64,000 nucleotides of DNA, taken from positions 6,635 through 70,634 of the forward strand of contig JBHPDK010000002.1 of NCBI GenBank assembly GCA_042577965.1. Direction: 5' to 3'. This DNA comes from Patescibacteria group bacterium (GTDB lineage Bacteria; Patescibacteriota; Gracilibacteria; UBA1369; PNNO01). The notes under the pieces were generated by a model. It was not told the DNA's origin and ran no database searches. It saw only the letters and a program-made list of their open reading frames with translations. Positions 9,705 to 18,100 of this stretch are shown here, piece by piece; positions within the stretch are counted from its first letter, which is position 1, and the number at the start of each line of letters is the position of its first letter. The translations under genes and the position numbers were made by a program.

Positions 9705-11048
9705 ATGAAAGTAAAAAAATTAATTACTTTTTTAATTACTGTTCTATTTACAGCTATTTTGGCATTTACTACTATTTCAACTGTTTTTGCAATAATAATA
9801 TCTCCAGCAACATTTGAATATACTGTATCCCCAGGCGAAACAGTAGAAGATTCAATTACTCTCACAAATAATGAAAATAGTCCGAAGTTTTTAAAAGCAT
9901 ATCTGAATGACACATATATTCTTGCAAGAAATCAAACTAAGCAATATACAGATGAAGCTCAGCCACGAGGAATTATCAATTGGACAACTATACTAGAAGA
10001 TCCTACCCAAGTAAATCCAGGAGAAGAATTTACATTTAACTTTATAATCCGTATCCCTAAAGGTGCTGAACCTGGCACTTATTCAGGTGCAATAATGGGT
10101 TCTGCTTTTGAAGATCTTGAAACCGCAGGTTCTGCGGTAGGCTTAGCACCAAGGGCTGCAGGAACGATGAATATTACCGTTGAAGGAGATTTTGAAGAGA
10201 AGTTATCAGGTGAAAATTTCACTATAGATCCTCTAAAAAAGGAACAAGGCTCTATAGTATTTGTTTTTGAAGCGAAAAACGAAGGTAATGTAAAGATTGC
10301 TCCTATTGGAGAAATTAAAATTTATGATAAACAAGGCAACATGGTGCCAGGTGTATATGCTGTAGTAAAAGAATTCGAAAATGAAAAAGTAATAACTGAC
10401 AGATTAGATGTAATTCCATTCAATCCTGGAAATGAGTCTATTTTGCCTTCTGTAACAAGAGGAATTAATACCGGCTGGGAAAATCGGAATGTAGAACCTG
10501 GCGAGTATAAAGCAAAATTAAATTTATACTATGGACAAGATAATACAAAGATTGAACTTGAAACAGATATGTTTGAAATAGAAGAAAATTTTCAATTAGC
10601 TGATTTAGCAGCTGATTCGGCATTCAAAAGCTCTCTACCAATTACATTTTCAGCAAAACTGAAGAACCAAGGATCTGTTGATTTAAGTCCAACAGGTAGC
10701 TTTTCAATTAAAAATATTTTCGGAATGGAGAAAAAAAGGGTAGATCTATCAGCTGATGAATTGAAAATAAAAGGCGGAGAAGAAAAAACAATTAATAATT
10801 TAACATGGGATACGGGTTTTGCATTTGGTATTTATAGTGCAAATCTTGAGCTAAGGGTCGGCGACCAAACCTATATTGCTACAACTACATTCTGGATTTT
10901 AAGCTGGTGGCAGGTACTTATTACAATAATTGTTGTTTTAGTTATTATTTTTGCTTTATATAAAGGGATTCATGGGTATCTTGCAATGAAAAAAAAGCTT
11001 GAAACAAAAGAATCAATAGAAGGAACACCTAAAGAAACAACCGAATAA
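9705..11048 (+). CDS. DUF916/DUF3324-like membrane-anchored protein with three Ig-like domains
   Basis: ISPATFEYTVSPGETV, IPKGAEPGTYSG, and two KNxGxVxxxPxG domains; C-terminal TM. Confidence 0.7.
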   Translation: MKVKKLITFLITVLFTAILAFTTISTVFAIIISPATFEYTVSPGETVEDSITLTNNENSPKFLKAYLNDTYILARNQTKQYTDEAQPRGIINWTTILEDPTQVNPGEEFTFNFIIRIPKGAEPGTYSGAIMGSAFEDLETAGSAVGLAPRAAGTMNITVEGDFEEKLSGENFTIDPLKKEQGSIVFVFEAKNEGNVKIAPIGEIKIYDKQGNMVPGVYAVVKEFENEKVITDRLDVIPFNPGNESILPSVTRGINTGWENRNVEPGEYKAKLNLYYGQDNTKIELETDMFEIEENFQLADLAADSAFKSSLPITFSAKLKNQGSVDLSPTGSFSIKNIFGMEKKRVDLSADELKIKGGEEKTINNLTWDTGFAFGIYSANLELRVGDQTYIATTTFWILSWWQVLITIIVVLVIIFALYKGIHGYLAMKKKLETKESIEGTPKETTE

Positions 11049-11072
11049 GCTCTGTTTTGATTTATACTTTTT

Positions 11073-11106
11073 AAAAAACACTAATATAGAAAATTAGTGT
11101 TTTTTG
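11073..11106 (+). terminator. Intrinsic terminator
   Basis: AAAAAACACTAAT...ATTAGTGTTTTTT. Confidence 0.7.
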
Positions 11107-11115
11107 TATATAAGC

Positions 11116-11144
11116 TTGCCATTCTGAGTGTTTTGGTGTATAAT
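11116..11144 (+). promoter_or_regulatory. sigma70 promoter
   Basis: TTGCCA-17-TATAAT. Confidence 0.65.
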
Positions 11145-11173
11145 ATTATTGAAAATAAAAAACAAATAAAACG

Positions 11174-13219
11174 ATGTTTAAAAAATTCTATTTATTTACT
11201 ATTACATTAATATTTGCTTGTAATTGTACTGTTGCCTTAGCACAAACAGGCGCTGTTAGTGTTTCTGGTCATGTTTTACCAAAAGATATTACAAATCTTA
11301 CTGCGGTCGATGTAGTTCTCGGATCAGGGGAAGTGGCCTTAACATGGACAACAAGCATTACTTCTAGTGTTGATACTCAAAGAGTAGAAATTACTGGTCC
11401 ACAAGATCCTGGAATTAATTTCACAACAAAAAATTTACCATTTAAAATAATTGACGGAGGTGTTGGGCCTAGTGCAGCAGATAATTACGCTAATTATGCT
11501 CCTTTTACTAATATCACTGGATTAGTCCCGGGAGAAGCTTATATTTTTAGGATTGTTTCTATTGTTGCGGCCCTCGAAAGTCCTGGCGCACCCCCTGATG
11601 CCCAAATAATATTTATCCCTGGCTCAGCACTCCCTCCCCCATTCCTCCAGGATGAACCAGATATCACGCCTACCTCAACTACAAATACTTTATATTGGGA
11701 TAACGGTGGTGTAACCGATGCAACTTTGGAATGCAGAATTATTGCAAGTACAACAGACCTTTATTCTGATCCTCTTGGAGAACCAGTTGGTGGTGTAGGT
11801 GGTCTTGGCGACAGTGGATGGGAAGATTGTCCGGATCCTTTGGTCACATATGAATACGAATTCACCGGCCTGACCCCAGGCACAACATATTACTATCACG
11901 TTCAGTCACGCTCAGCTGTTGATGGCTTGAGCCCTTTTTCAAATGTAGAAGATTCTCAGCAAAGGCCTCCGACTCCAATCCCTCCTCCTGCAGATGATGA
12001 AGAACCTGGTGATGGCCCTGGTGGCGGCGGCGGAATAATCCCAGGTACATGCGGAAACGGAATTTTGGATCCTGTTGAGGAATGCGATGATGGCAATACA
12101 GATGATGGTGATGGTTGTTCTGCAAGTTGTCAGGATGAAGAAGCAGCTGTTTCTCCGGTAGCAGTAGTATGTGGTAATGGAATTGTTGAGCCTCCTGAGG
12201 AATGTGATGACGGCAACACAGATAATGACGATGGGTGTTCGTCTGTTTGTGTAGTTGAGCCTGAACATGCGGTGGCTCCTGCTATAGCAGCAGTCTGCGG
12301 TAATGGAACTGTTGAAGCTCCTGAAGAATGTGATGATGGTAATACAGATTCAGGCGATGGCTGTTCTGACACCTGTTTAATTGAAGAAACAGTTTGTGGT
12401 AATGCAATTGTTGAAGCTCCGACTGAGGAATGTGACGATGGTAACACCACAAGCAATGATGGATGTTCAGATACGTGCCAGTTAGAGGAAATTGTCGAGG
12501 TTGTGCTTGAAATAAGGGGTGCTCCGCAGTATCGTGTTACAAATTTCAAAAGAATGGCTGAAGAATCAATGGTAAATGAATCACTTTTAGATCTTACAAA
12601 AACATCACTAATAGCACAAACAGACACTACTTCCCCTGCAGCTCTTACTCCTACTGCAGGCCAAACTGACACAAGAACAACAACAATAACAACTCAAGAG
12701 TTGGCCGTAGGTGTTGATGCTGATCCAGCTGACATTTATAGAATTTATAATACTCCAAATCGTGGATTAAATGCGCAACTTGGCATATACAAGCCAATTA
12801 TCACAAATCTTGATGTTATAAGTATACAATTGGACAATTTTGGTAATGCCAGCATCCCGATTACCATTGTAGCTGGAACTTACGATTTTGCGCTTAATGG
12901 AGAGGCCCACAACGCAACAATCATGAGAGATAAAAAAATTACATCTGAAACCAAGGTTCTCACCCTCGACTTCACATTTAAAGACACAGTTTTCCAAGTA
13001 GCTGGCGACAACGTAGATGATAATCGCGTAAATGCGCTTGATATGAGCAGAATACTCGGTTCATATAAATCCAAGGGAATTAATATTAGCGACTTCAATA
13101 AAGATCTAAATCCAATAGTTAACGCACTCGACATAGCAATCCTCATCTGGAACTACAAAATGGAAGGACAATACCTGATCCCGCGTGAAGTCGTTATCCC
13201 GCGTGAAGTCGCGATTTAA
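11174..13219 (+). CDS. Secreted protein: two FN3 domains, Pro/Gly linker, four Myxococcus-type Cys-rich (DUF4215) repeats, C-terminal dockerin-like domain
   Basis: GLVPGEAY and GLTPGTTYYY; CGNGxxExxEECDDGNxxxxDGCSxxC four times; duplicated GDNVDDNRVNALD / DFNKDxxxxVNALD Ca-loop-helix motif. Confidence 0.8.
   Translation: MFKKFYLFTITLIFACNCTVALAQTGAVSVSGHVLPKDITNLTAVDVVLGSGEVALTWTTSITSSVDTQRVEITGPQDPGINFTTKNLPFKIIDGGVGPSAADNYANYAPFTNITGLVPGEAYIFRIVSIVAALESPGAPPDAQIIFIPGSALPPPFLQDEPDITPTSTTNTLYWDNGGVTDATLECRIIASTTDLYSDPLGEPVGGVGGLGDSGWEDCPDPLVTYEYEFTGLTPGTTYYYHVQSRSAVDGLSPFSNVEDSQQRPPTPIPPPADDEEPGDGPGGGGGIIPGTCGNGILDPVEECDDGNTDDGDGCSASCQDEEAAVSPVAVVCGNGIVEPPEECDDGNTDNDDGCSSVCVVEPEHAVAPAIAAVCGNGTVEAPEECDDGNTDSGDGCSDTCLIEETVCGNAIVEAPTEECDDGNTTSNDGCSDTCQLEEIVEVVLEIRGAPQYRVTNFKRMAEESMVNESLLDLTKTSLIAQTDTTSPAALTPTAGQTDTRTTTITTQELAVGVDADPADIYRIYNTPNRGLNAQLGIYKPIITNLDVISIQLDNFGNASIPITIVAGTYDFALNGEAHNATIMRDKKITSETKVLTLDFTFKDTVFQVAGDNVDDNRVNALDMSRILGSYKSKGINISDFNKDLNPIVNALDIAILIWNYKMEGQYLIPREVVIPREVAI
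13178..13211 (+). repeat. In-frame 16-bp direct repeat with 18-bp period at the gene end
   Basis: ATCCCGCGTGAAGTCG at 13178 and 13196 (IPREVV-IPREVA). Confidence 0.9.
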
Positions 13220-13503
13220 TAATATTTCATATCATAAAGATCCTTCAATAACGGCCCTGGCAAAGGCGCACACCCTCTTCGCCCAATCTCCATCTGTTTC
13301 TTATTAAACCAGTGCCTTATCACAGTGCGAAGTTCCACATCTCCAACAAAAAATCCCACCCCATCCTGCGTAGTAAAAGCCTTTAAAAAGACTTTAACAA
13401 GGGTGGCGAGACCAATCCCTAATTGGTCCTGACATTTTGCTTTAGCCATTTGGTAAATCTCGGCATCCATGCGGAGGTTTAGTTGCTGCTGTTTTTTAGA
13501 CAT
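13216..13503 (-). CDS. Putative ribbon-helix-helix DNA-binding protein
   Basis: QQLNLRMDAEIYQMAKAKC..LGIGLATLVKVFLKAF fits the RelB/DinJ/Arc beta-alpha-alpha pattern. Confidence 0.65.
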   Translation of the reverse strand: MSKKQQQLNLRMDAEIYQMAKAKCQDQLGIGLATLVKVFLKAFTTQDGVGFFVGDVELRTVIRHWFNKKQMEIGRRGCAPLPGPLLKDLYDMKYY

Positions 13504-13521
13504 AATAGAAGGGGTTAAGGA

Positions 13522-13571
13522 TTAACTACACTATCAAAATTACTAGTAATTTACTAGTAAATAGTAGAGTG
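13522..13571. repeat. Left copy of a 50-bp inverted repeat containing tandem TTACTAGTAA palindromes
   Basis: 47/50 identical to the reverse complement of 16843-16892. Confidence 0.95.
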
Positions 13572-13701
13572 TAGTTTTCGTCCACCTCCTGCCAACATGC
13601 TGCTACGCCTCCCGCCGCATATCTCTCCGCAAATTCCCCTAAAAACCCTTTCAAAAACTGCCTTTTTATGATATAATATATAGAGAAAATAAAAAACAAA
13701 A

Positions 13702-16700
13702 ATGCTTAAAAATATAACAGCCCACATTCTTGCTTTCATCATAGCTTTTACGAGCTTTGTTCCGGCTGCCATGGCAGCTTATTTTTATGTAGATGATAAT
13801 CCAAATTTACGAAAAGGATGCCCAGGGCAAATCAATGTTATGCTTAATACAGAAGGCTCAAATGTGCTTGCAGCAGATTCAACAATGAACTTTAGTACAG
13901 CTGAAATGAGTGTGGTAAATATGGCCCTGAATGTGGCGCTTCCAATGCAGACTTATAATCAGATCACAGGCACTTTACTTGAACTTAGTGGGGCAAGGCT
14001 TCCTGCAACCGGTGCATTTAATGGCAATGGTATTTATGGAATTCTGGATATTATTCCGGATATAGCAGCAGCCAGTGTGACTTTGAATTTTTCACCTGAC
14101 CTTAATGTTGATAATGTAATTGCCGAAGAAATCACTTTTGCAAATATAATCAATATACCGGATGGCGCACAAGACGGAACTATTGCAGTAAAAGACAGAT
14201 ACAATAAAGAAGTTGATGGCGTAGGGTTCTGTACACCGGATTTGAATCCTCCTACTGTTAACTTCATTCTTCCTCCAAATGGTTCAGGCGGCAACCCGGC
14301 TAATCAGCCAAATGAAATCTTTTCAATTCAGGATGACCGTGCAGGTGTAGATATTTCAACTTTATCGTACACAATTGAGGGAGTTAGCTATACAAACACT
14401 TCTGCTCAAACAGATTTATCAGAGTCAGGTGGTGTTCATAGAGTTGAAACAACATTTACTTCAGATTGGAGCCCAGGTCAAAAAGTAGACATCAGTGTTT
14501 ACGTATGTGACTTAAATACAGACCCGGCTCCTAATTGCAATACAACAACCGGCCACTTTAATATTTATTCTCCTCCTCCTCCTTCACCGGTTTGCGGTGA
14601 CGGAATAGTTACTTACACAAACGGCGAACAATGTGACGACGGCAATACTGACAACGACGACGGATGCAGTGCTCATTGTTTTATTGAAATAGAGCCTGTG
14701 GTTTGCCCTGATATTCCAACAGATGTACCTTGCCCTACAGCAGGCTTAACAATTGTTAAAGACTTAAGTGCAGCGCTTCCTCCAGGCCAACTCCCTGTTG
14801 TAACAGGTGTTGGTGCAGCAACTGAAGAAGAGATTCTTGCAGGCGAATATCCTGCAGTTGGAACTGCAATCAAAAAAGGCATCCCAGGATGTACACGTGA
14901 AGATATCACAAAAGATGTACTTGCTGAATTTAACGTTGAAGACAGATACAGTGCAAAAGATATAAGATGTTTAGAGGATGTTGAACACTGTATGCTTCCT
15001 TTCTTAATGCACAGCGCTTACCCGGATGCAAATCCTGCTGGCAACAGATATTACCCTGATGTTTACCTAAGTGGCGAGCGAAGCGAGCCACTTCTTGAAG
15101 ACGATTCAGGGCCAATTTCAGGACAATCAAAAGATGCAATCCACTTTAGTACCCGTGAAGGTATGCTTCATGGATTCTATTTAGACTATATGAACTTAAG
15201 CCCTTTCAGACCACAATGGAACATGACAAGAATACAGATTATTAAAACTCTAAACTGGGCTGTCTTTGGCCAGTTATGGGAATATGAAGAAGAATACTAC
15301 GCAGAAATCGGAGGCGAACAAAACTTAGGCCAGGTACGAAGGCTCGCTGCTGACTTAACACAATGGTGGTATCCAAGATACTACAACTTTGCATGCGACA
15401 AAGGCGTATTTAATTGCGACCCTATGATGAACTTTGGTCCTGATGAAATTTGTTCACCTGAATGGAAGCGTGAAATCTTTGCAAGATACAAAGTATATTT
15501 TGAAGGCCAAAAACAAGAAGTCGCAGATATGAATGAAGACTCAGACGCCGACGGCCTTGTTGATTATGATGAATCAAGAGTCTTCTTAACAAATCCTGAA
15601 AACAAAGATACAGACGCAGACGCCCTCGGTGACGGCGATGAAATAGTAAAATACAAATCAAATCCAAAACTTACAGATACAGACTTTGATGGCCTTGATG
15701 ACGGCGACGAAGTAAACAAATACAAAACAAATCCTGTGCTGCCAGACACTGACGGCGATACATATCCTGATGGAATCGAAATTCGCGAAGGAACAGATCC
15801 TTTAGATCCAAACAGTTCCCCTGTAGATGAAGATGGCGATGGCATTCCTGATAAATGGGAATTACAATATGGAATCAATCCTCAAAACGGTGTAGAAGAC
15901 TTTGATGGCGATGGCCTTTCTGATTTTTTCGAACACAGGTATAGCACAGATCCAACAAATCCGGACACGGATGGCGACGGACTTTCTGACGCTGACGAAG
16001 TGCTTCTATACGGAACAGATCCTAATGAATACACAAACCTTTCAGAACTCGGAGTGCGAATTACAAATATAATGGACCAAATGACTCTTACTGATCCACG
16101 TCCTTTACTTCAGGGCTTCGCTCCTTTAGAAGGAATGGAAGTTGAAATTATTTTACGAAACGAATTCGGCAACGAAGTACTACTCGGAAGCGCTATAACA
16201 GATGTTAATAACGCATGGGTATTCACCCCTGAATTTGACATCCTGGACGGCGAATTCTATTTGTTAGCCAAAGGTCTCGATACCAAAAACAAACGAATTT
16301 TAGAATCTCCACTCATCGGAGTAATAATGAATTCAAAGCTTCAGGTAAGCGAGCCACAGCCAGAACGACTCGGCGACACAAACATCACAGAAGAAGTACT
16401 TCTTGAAGGCTTGAGTATTGAAACCCGCGATTCTGCTCCAATTTTAATCGGACGAACAGGCTTTAAAAACAAAGTAATTGCAACATGGCAGTCAGTACTC
16501 GGTACTTCTGCAATCGTAGCTGACCTTGCTGGCGGCGAATTCAGAATCCAGGCTCCAAAAGAGCTCGCACCCGGTCCCCACAAAGTTTCAGTTTACTCAA
16601 TCCGCGACAAAGACAACGCAATGAGTAAAGTTGTTACTGTTAACTTCGAAGTCAAAGAACCATTTGCTGCAATCCTTCGCGGCGTAGCAATGGGCAAAGA

Positions 16701-16824
16701 ACTTATTTTCCCTCTATGGGTATGGACTATGATCTTCCTGGGCGCAGGCCTATTACTTGGCGGCGGCATGTGGATCGAACACCACAGAAAAAAGAAAAAA
16801 GACGGCAAAACTGAGAAGAAATAG
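13702..16824 (+). CDS. Membrane-anchored surface scaffold: cohesin-like domain, Ig-like domain, DUF4215 repeat, SLH-like domain, TSP3-type Ca-binding repeats, Big/Ig domains, TM
   Basis: N-terminal INVMLNT..AAD..MNF..NGNGIYGIL cohesin pattern; YPDV..DAI..EGMLHGF..FRPQWNMTR SLH pattern; about 8 DTDGDGLxDxxE repeats; C-terminal TM and basic tail. Confidence 0.75.
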   Translation: MLKNITAHILAFIIAFTSFVPAAMAAYFYVDDNPNLRKGCPGQINVMLNTEGSNVLAADSTMNFSTAEMSVVNMALNVALPMQTYNQITGTLLELSGARLPATGAFNGNGIYGILDIIPDIAAASVTLNFSPDLNVDNVIAEEITFANIINIPDGAQDGTIAVKDRYNKEVDGVGFCTPDLNPPTVNFILPPNGSGGNPANQPNEIFSIQDDRAGVDISTLSYTIEGVSYTNTSAQTDLSESGGVHRVETTFTSDWSPGQKVDISVYVCDLNTDPAPNCNTTTGHFNIYSPPPPSPVCGDGIVTYTNGEQCDDGNTDNDDGCSAHCFIEIEPVVCPDIPTDVPCPTAGLTIVKDLSAALPPGQLPVVTGVGAATEEEILAGEYPAVGTAIKKGIPGCTREDITKDVLAEFNVEDRYSAKDIRCLEDVEHCMLPFLMHSAYPDANPAGNRYYPDVYLSGERSEPLLEDDSGPISGQSKDAIHFSTREGMLHGFYLDYMNLSPFRPQWNMTRIQIIKTLNWAVFGQLWEYEEEYYAEIGGEQNLGQVRRLAADLTQWWYPRYYNFACDKGVFNCDPMMNFGPDEICSPEWKREIFARYKVYFEGQKQEVADMNEDSDADGLVDYDESRVFLTNPENKDTDADALGDGDEIVKYKSNPKLTDTDFDGLDDGDEVNKYKTNPVLPDTDGDTYPDGIEIREGTDPLDPNSSPVDEDGDGIPDKWELQYGINPQNGVEDFDGDGLSDFFEHRYSTDPTNPDTDGDGLSDADEVLLYGTDPNEYTNLSELGVRITNIMDQMTLTDPRPLLQGFAPLEGMEVEIILRNEFGNEVLLGSAITDVNNAWVFTPEFDILDGEFYLLAKGLDTKNKRILESPLIGVIMNSKLQVSEPQPERLGDTNITEEVLLEGLSIETRDSAPILIGRTGFKNKVIATWQSVLGTSAIVADLAGGEFRIQAPKELAPGPHKVSVYSIRDKDNAMSKVVTVNFEVKEPFAAILRGVAMGKELIFPLWVWTMIFLGAGLLLGGGMWIEHHRKKKKDGKTEKK

Positions 16825-16842
16825 GGAGTCCTTTTGAAAGGA

Positions 16843-16892
16843 CATTCTACTATTTACTAGTAAATTACTAGTAATTTTTATAGTGCAGTTAA
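16843..16892. repeat. Right copy of the 50-bp inverted repeat
   Basis: Reverse complement of 13522-13571 with 3 mismatches. Confidence 0.95.
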
Positions 16893-17000
16893 AGGGGCGC
16901 TTGATGTAAAAGGTGCGCTATCAAAAATGCTGTCTTTTTGCTGTATATTTTTATAGTGCTCTCCTCCGTCCCAGCCTCTTTGTGCTATAATGCCTTCGCT

Positions 17001-17633
17001 ATGCAATCACTCGAAGGAATCATATATATAGTTGTTGGCCTTGTAATCGCAATTTCAATTCATGAAGCTGCTCATGCTTTTGCTGCGTATCGTCTTGGTG
17101 ATCCAACTGCAAAACAAAAGGGTCGCTTAACTTTAAATCCACTTAAGCATCTCGACCTTATGGGTACTGTTATGCTTTTTTTAGCTGGATTTGGCTGGGG
17201 AAAGCCGGTTCCGGTAAATCCATATAATTTTAAAAACCCTGTGCGCGATTCAGCTGTAGTTTCGCTTGCCGGGCCTGCATCGAATTTTGCAACAGCGCTT
17301 TTACTTAGCCTGCCTTTAAAATATTTCGGCGCTGCAATGCCTTTTTGGATTGAAAACATACTCTGGGTAACCTTTGATATTAGCCTTATTCTAGGCATTT
17401 TTAACCTATTACCCTTCCCTCCTCTGGATGGCTCAAAAATCTTCGCAGTTTTTATTCCAAAGCAACATCAGGCTAAATACTTTGAGTTTTTAAAACGAAC
17501 CGAAATTATATTTTTGATATTTATTTTCGCTGATATATTCTTTATAAGACGCTGGCTCGGATACTCAATTCTGTGGCTCGTACTGGGCAGCGTATTTGAC
17601 TTTATTAAGACTTTGATCTTTTTGGGAGGCTAG
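17001..17633 (+). CDS. Site-2 protease, peptidase M50 family
   Basis: HEAAH, GDPTA, LNPLKHLD, AGP, NLLPFPPLDG. ATG 17001 lies just after TGCTATAAT. Confidence 0.92.
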   Translation: MQSLEGIIYIVVGLVIAISIHEAAHAFAAYRLGDPTAKQKGRLTLNPLKHLDLMGTVMLFLAGFGWGKPVPVNPYNFKNPVRDSAVVSLAGPASNFATALLLSLPLKYFGAAMPFWIENILWVTFDISLILGIFNLLPFPPLDGSKIFAVFIPKQHQAKYFEFLKRTEIIFLIFIFADIFFIRRWLGYSILWLVLGSVFDFIKTLIFLGG

Positions 17634-17661
17634 AAGTTGACAATTTTGTCTACCCTTTTTA

Positions 17662-17709
17662 TCACAACATGTTGTGTTTTTTGGCTTACACAAGCACAAT
17701 ATGTTGTGT
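17662..17709. promoter_or_regulatory. Tandem NrdR boxes
   Basis: TCACAACATGTTGTGT (17662) and GCACAATATGTTGTGT (17694) match acaCwAtATaTwGtgt and are 32 bp apart. Confidence 0.7.
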
Positions 17710-17758
17710 TTTTGCATAGTTGGGGGTTGCGCTCAAAAAGGCTATCATTTAAAATAAA

Positions 17759-18022
17759 AATACTCTGAATTGTTCGTTAGAACAGTTACATGCAAACCCA
17801 ACAGCATTTAAGGGGGAGTCAATATTTTTACTGACCGTGGTCTCTATTTGAGACACCCCACCTACAACATTAGGTTTGTGCATGTCATTTGATTCGACGG
17901 CAACTTCGGAGTTTTTTAATGGTTGGCAAATTCGCAACAACCCACTTTTGTGCAACAATGACGCCTCGTCGCACGAACCCACTTCGTGCAACGAACCCAC
18001 TTCGTCGTAACCAACAAGTATT
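17759..18022 (+). ncRNA. Candidate structured ncRNA of unknown family
   Basis: Convergent intergenic region with promoter TTGCGC-17-TAAAAT (17727-17755), nested helices and repeated CCCAC-loop hairpins. Confidence 0.5.
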
Positions 18023-18100
18023 CAAAAAAACGCAAAATCCCGCACTAGTAAGCCTCTAAACTGTGCGCTTTTTGTCTCGCCACCGCACCACCGCACCGCT

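Noticed and set aside
13216-13503. Type II toxin-antitoxin pair
   Set aside because: No adjacent toxin ORF; the gene converges on the dockerin gene.
11174-16824. Cellulosome
   Set aside because: Single cohesin and single dockerin, with no glycoside hydrolase domains nearby.
17749-18000. 83-aa minus-strand ORF
   Set aside because: No protein-like features or initiation signal; the helices and plus-strand promoter explain the region better.
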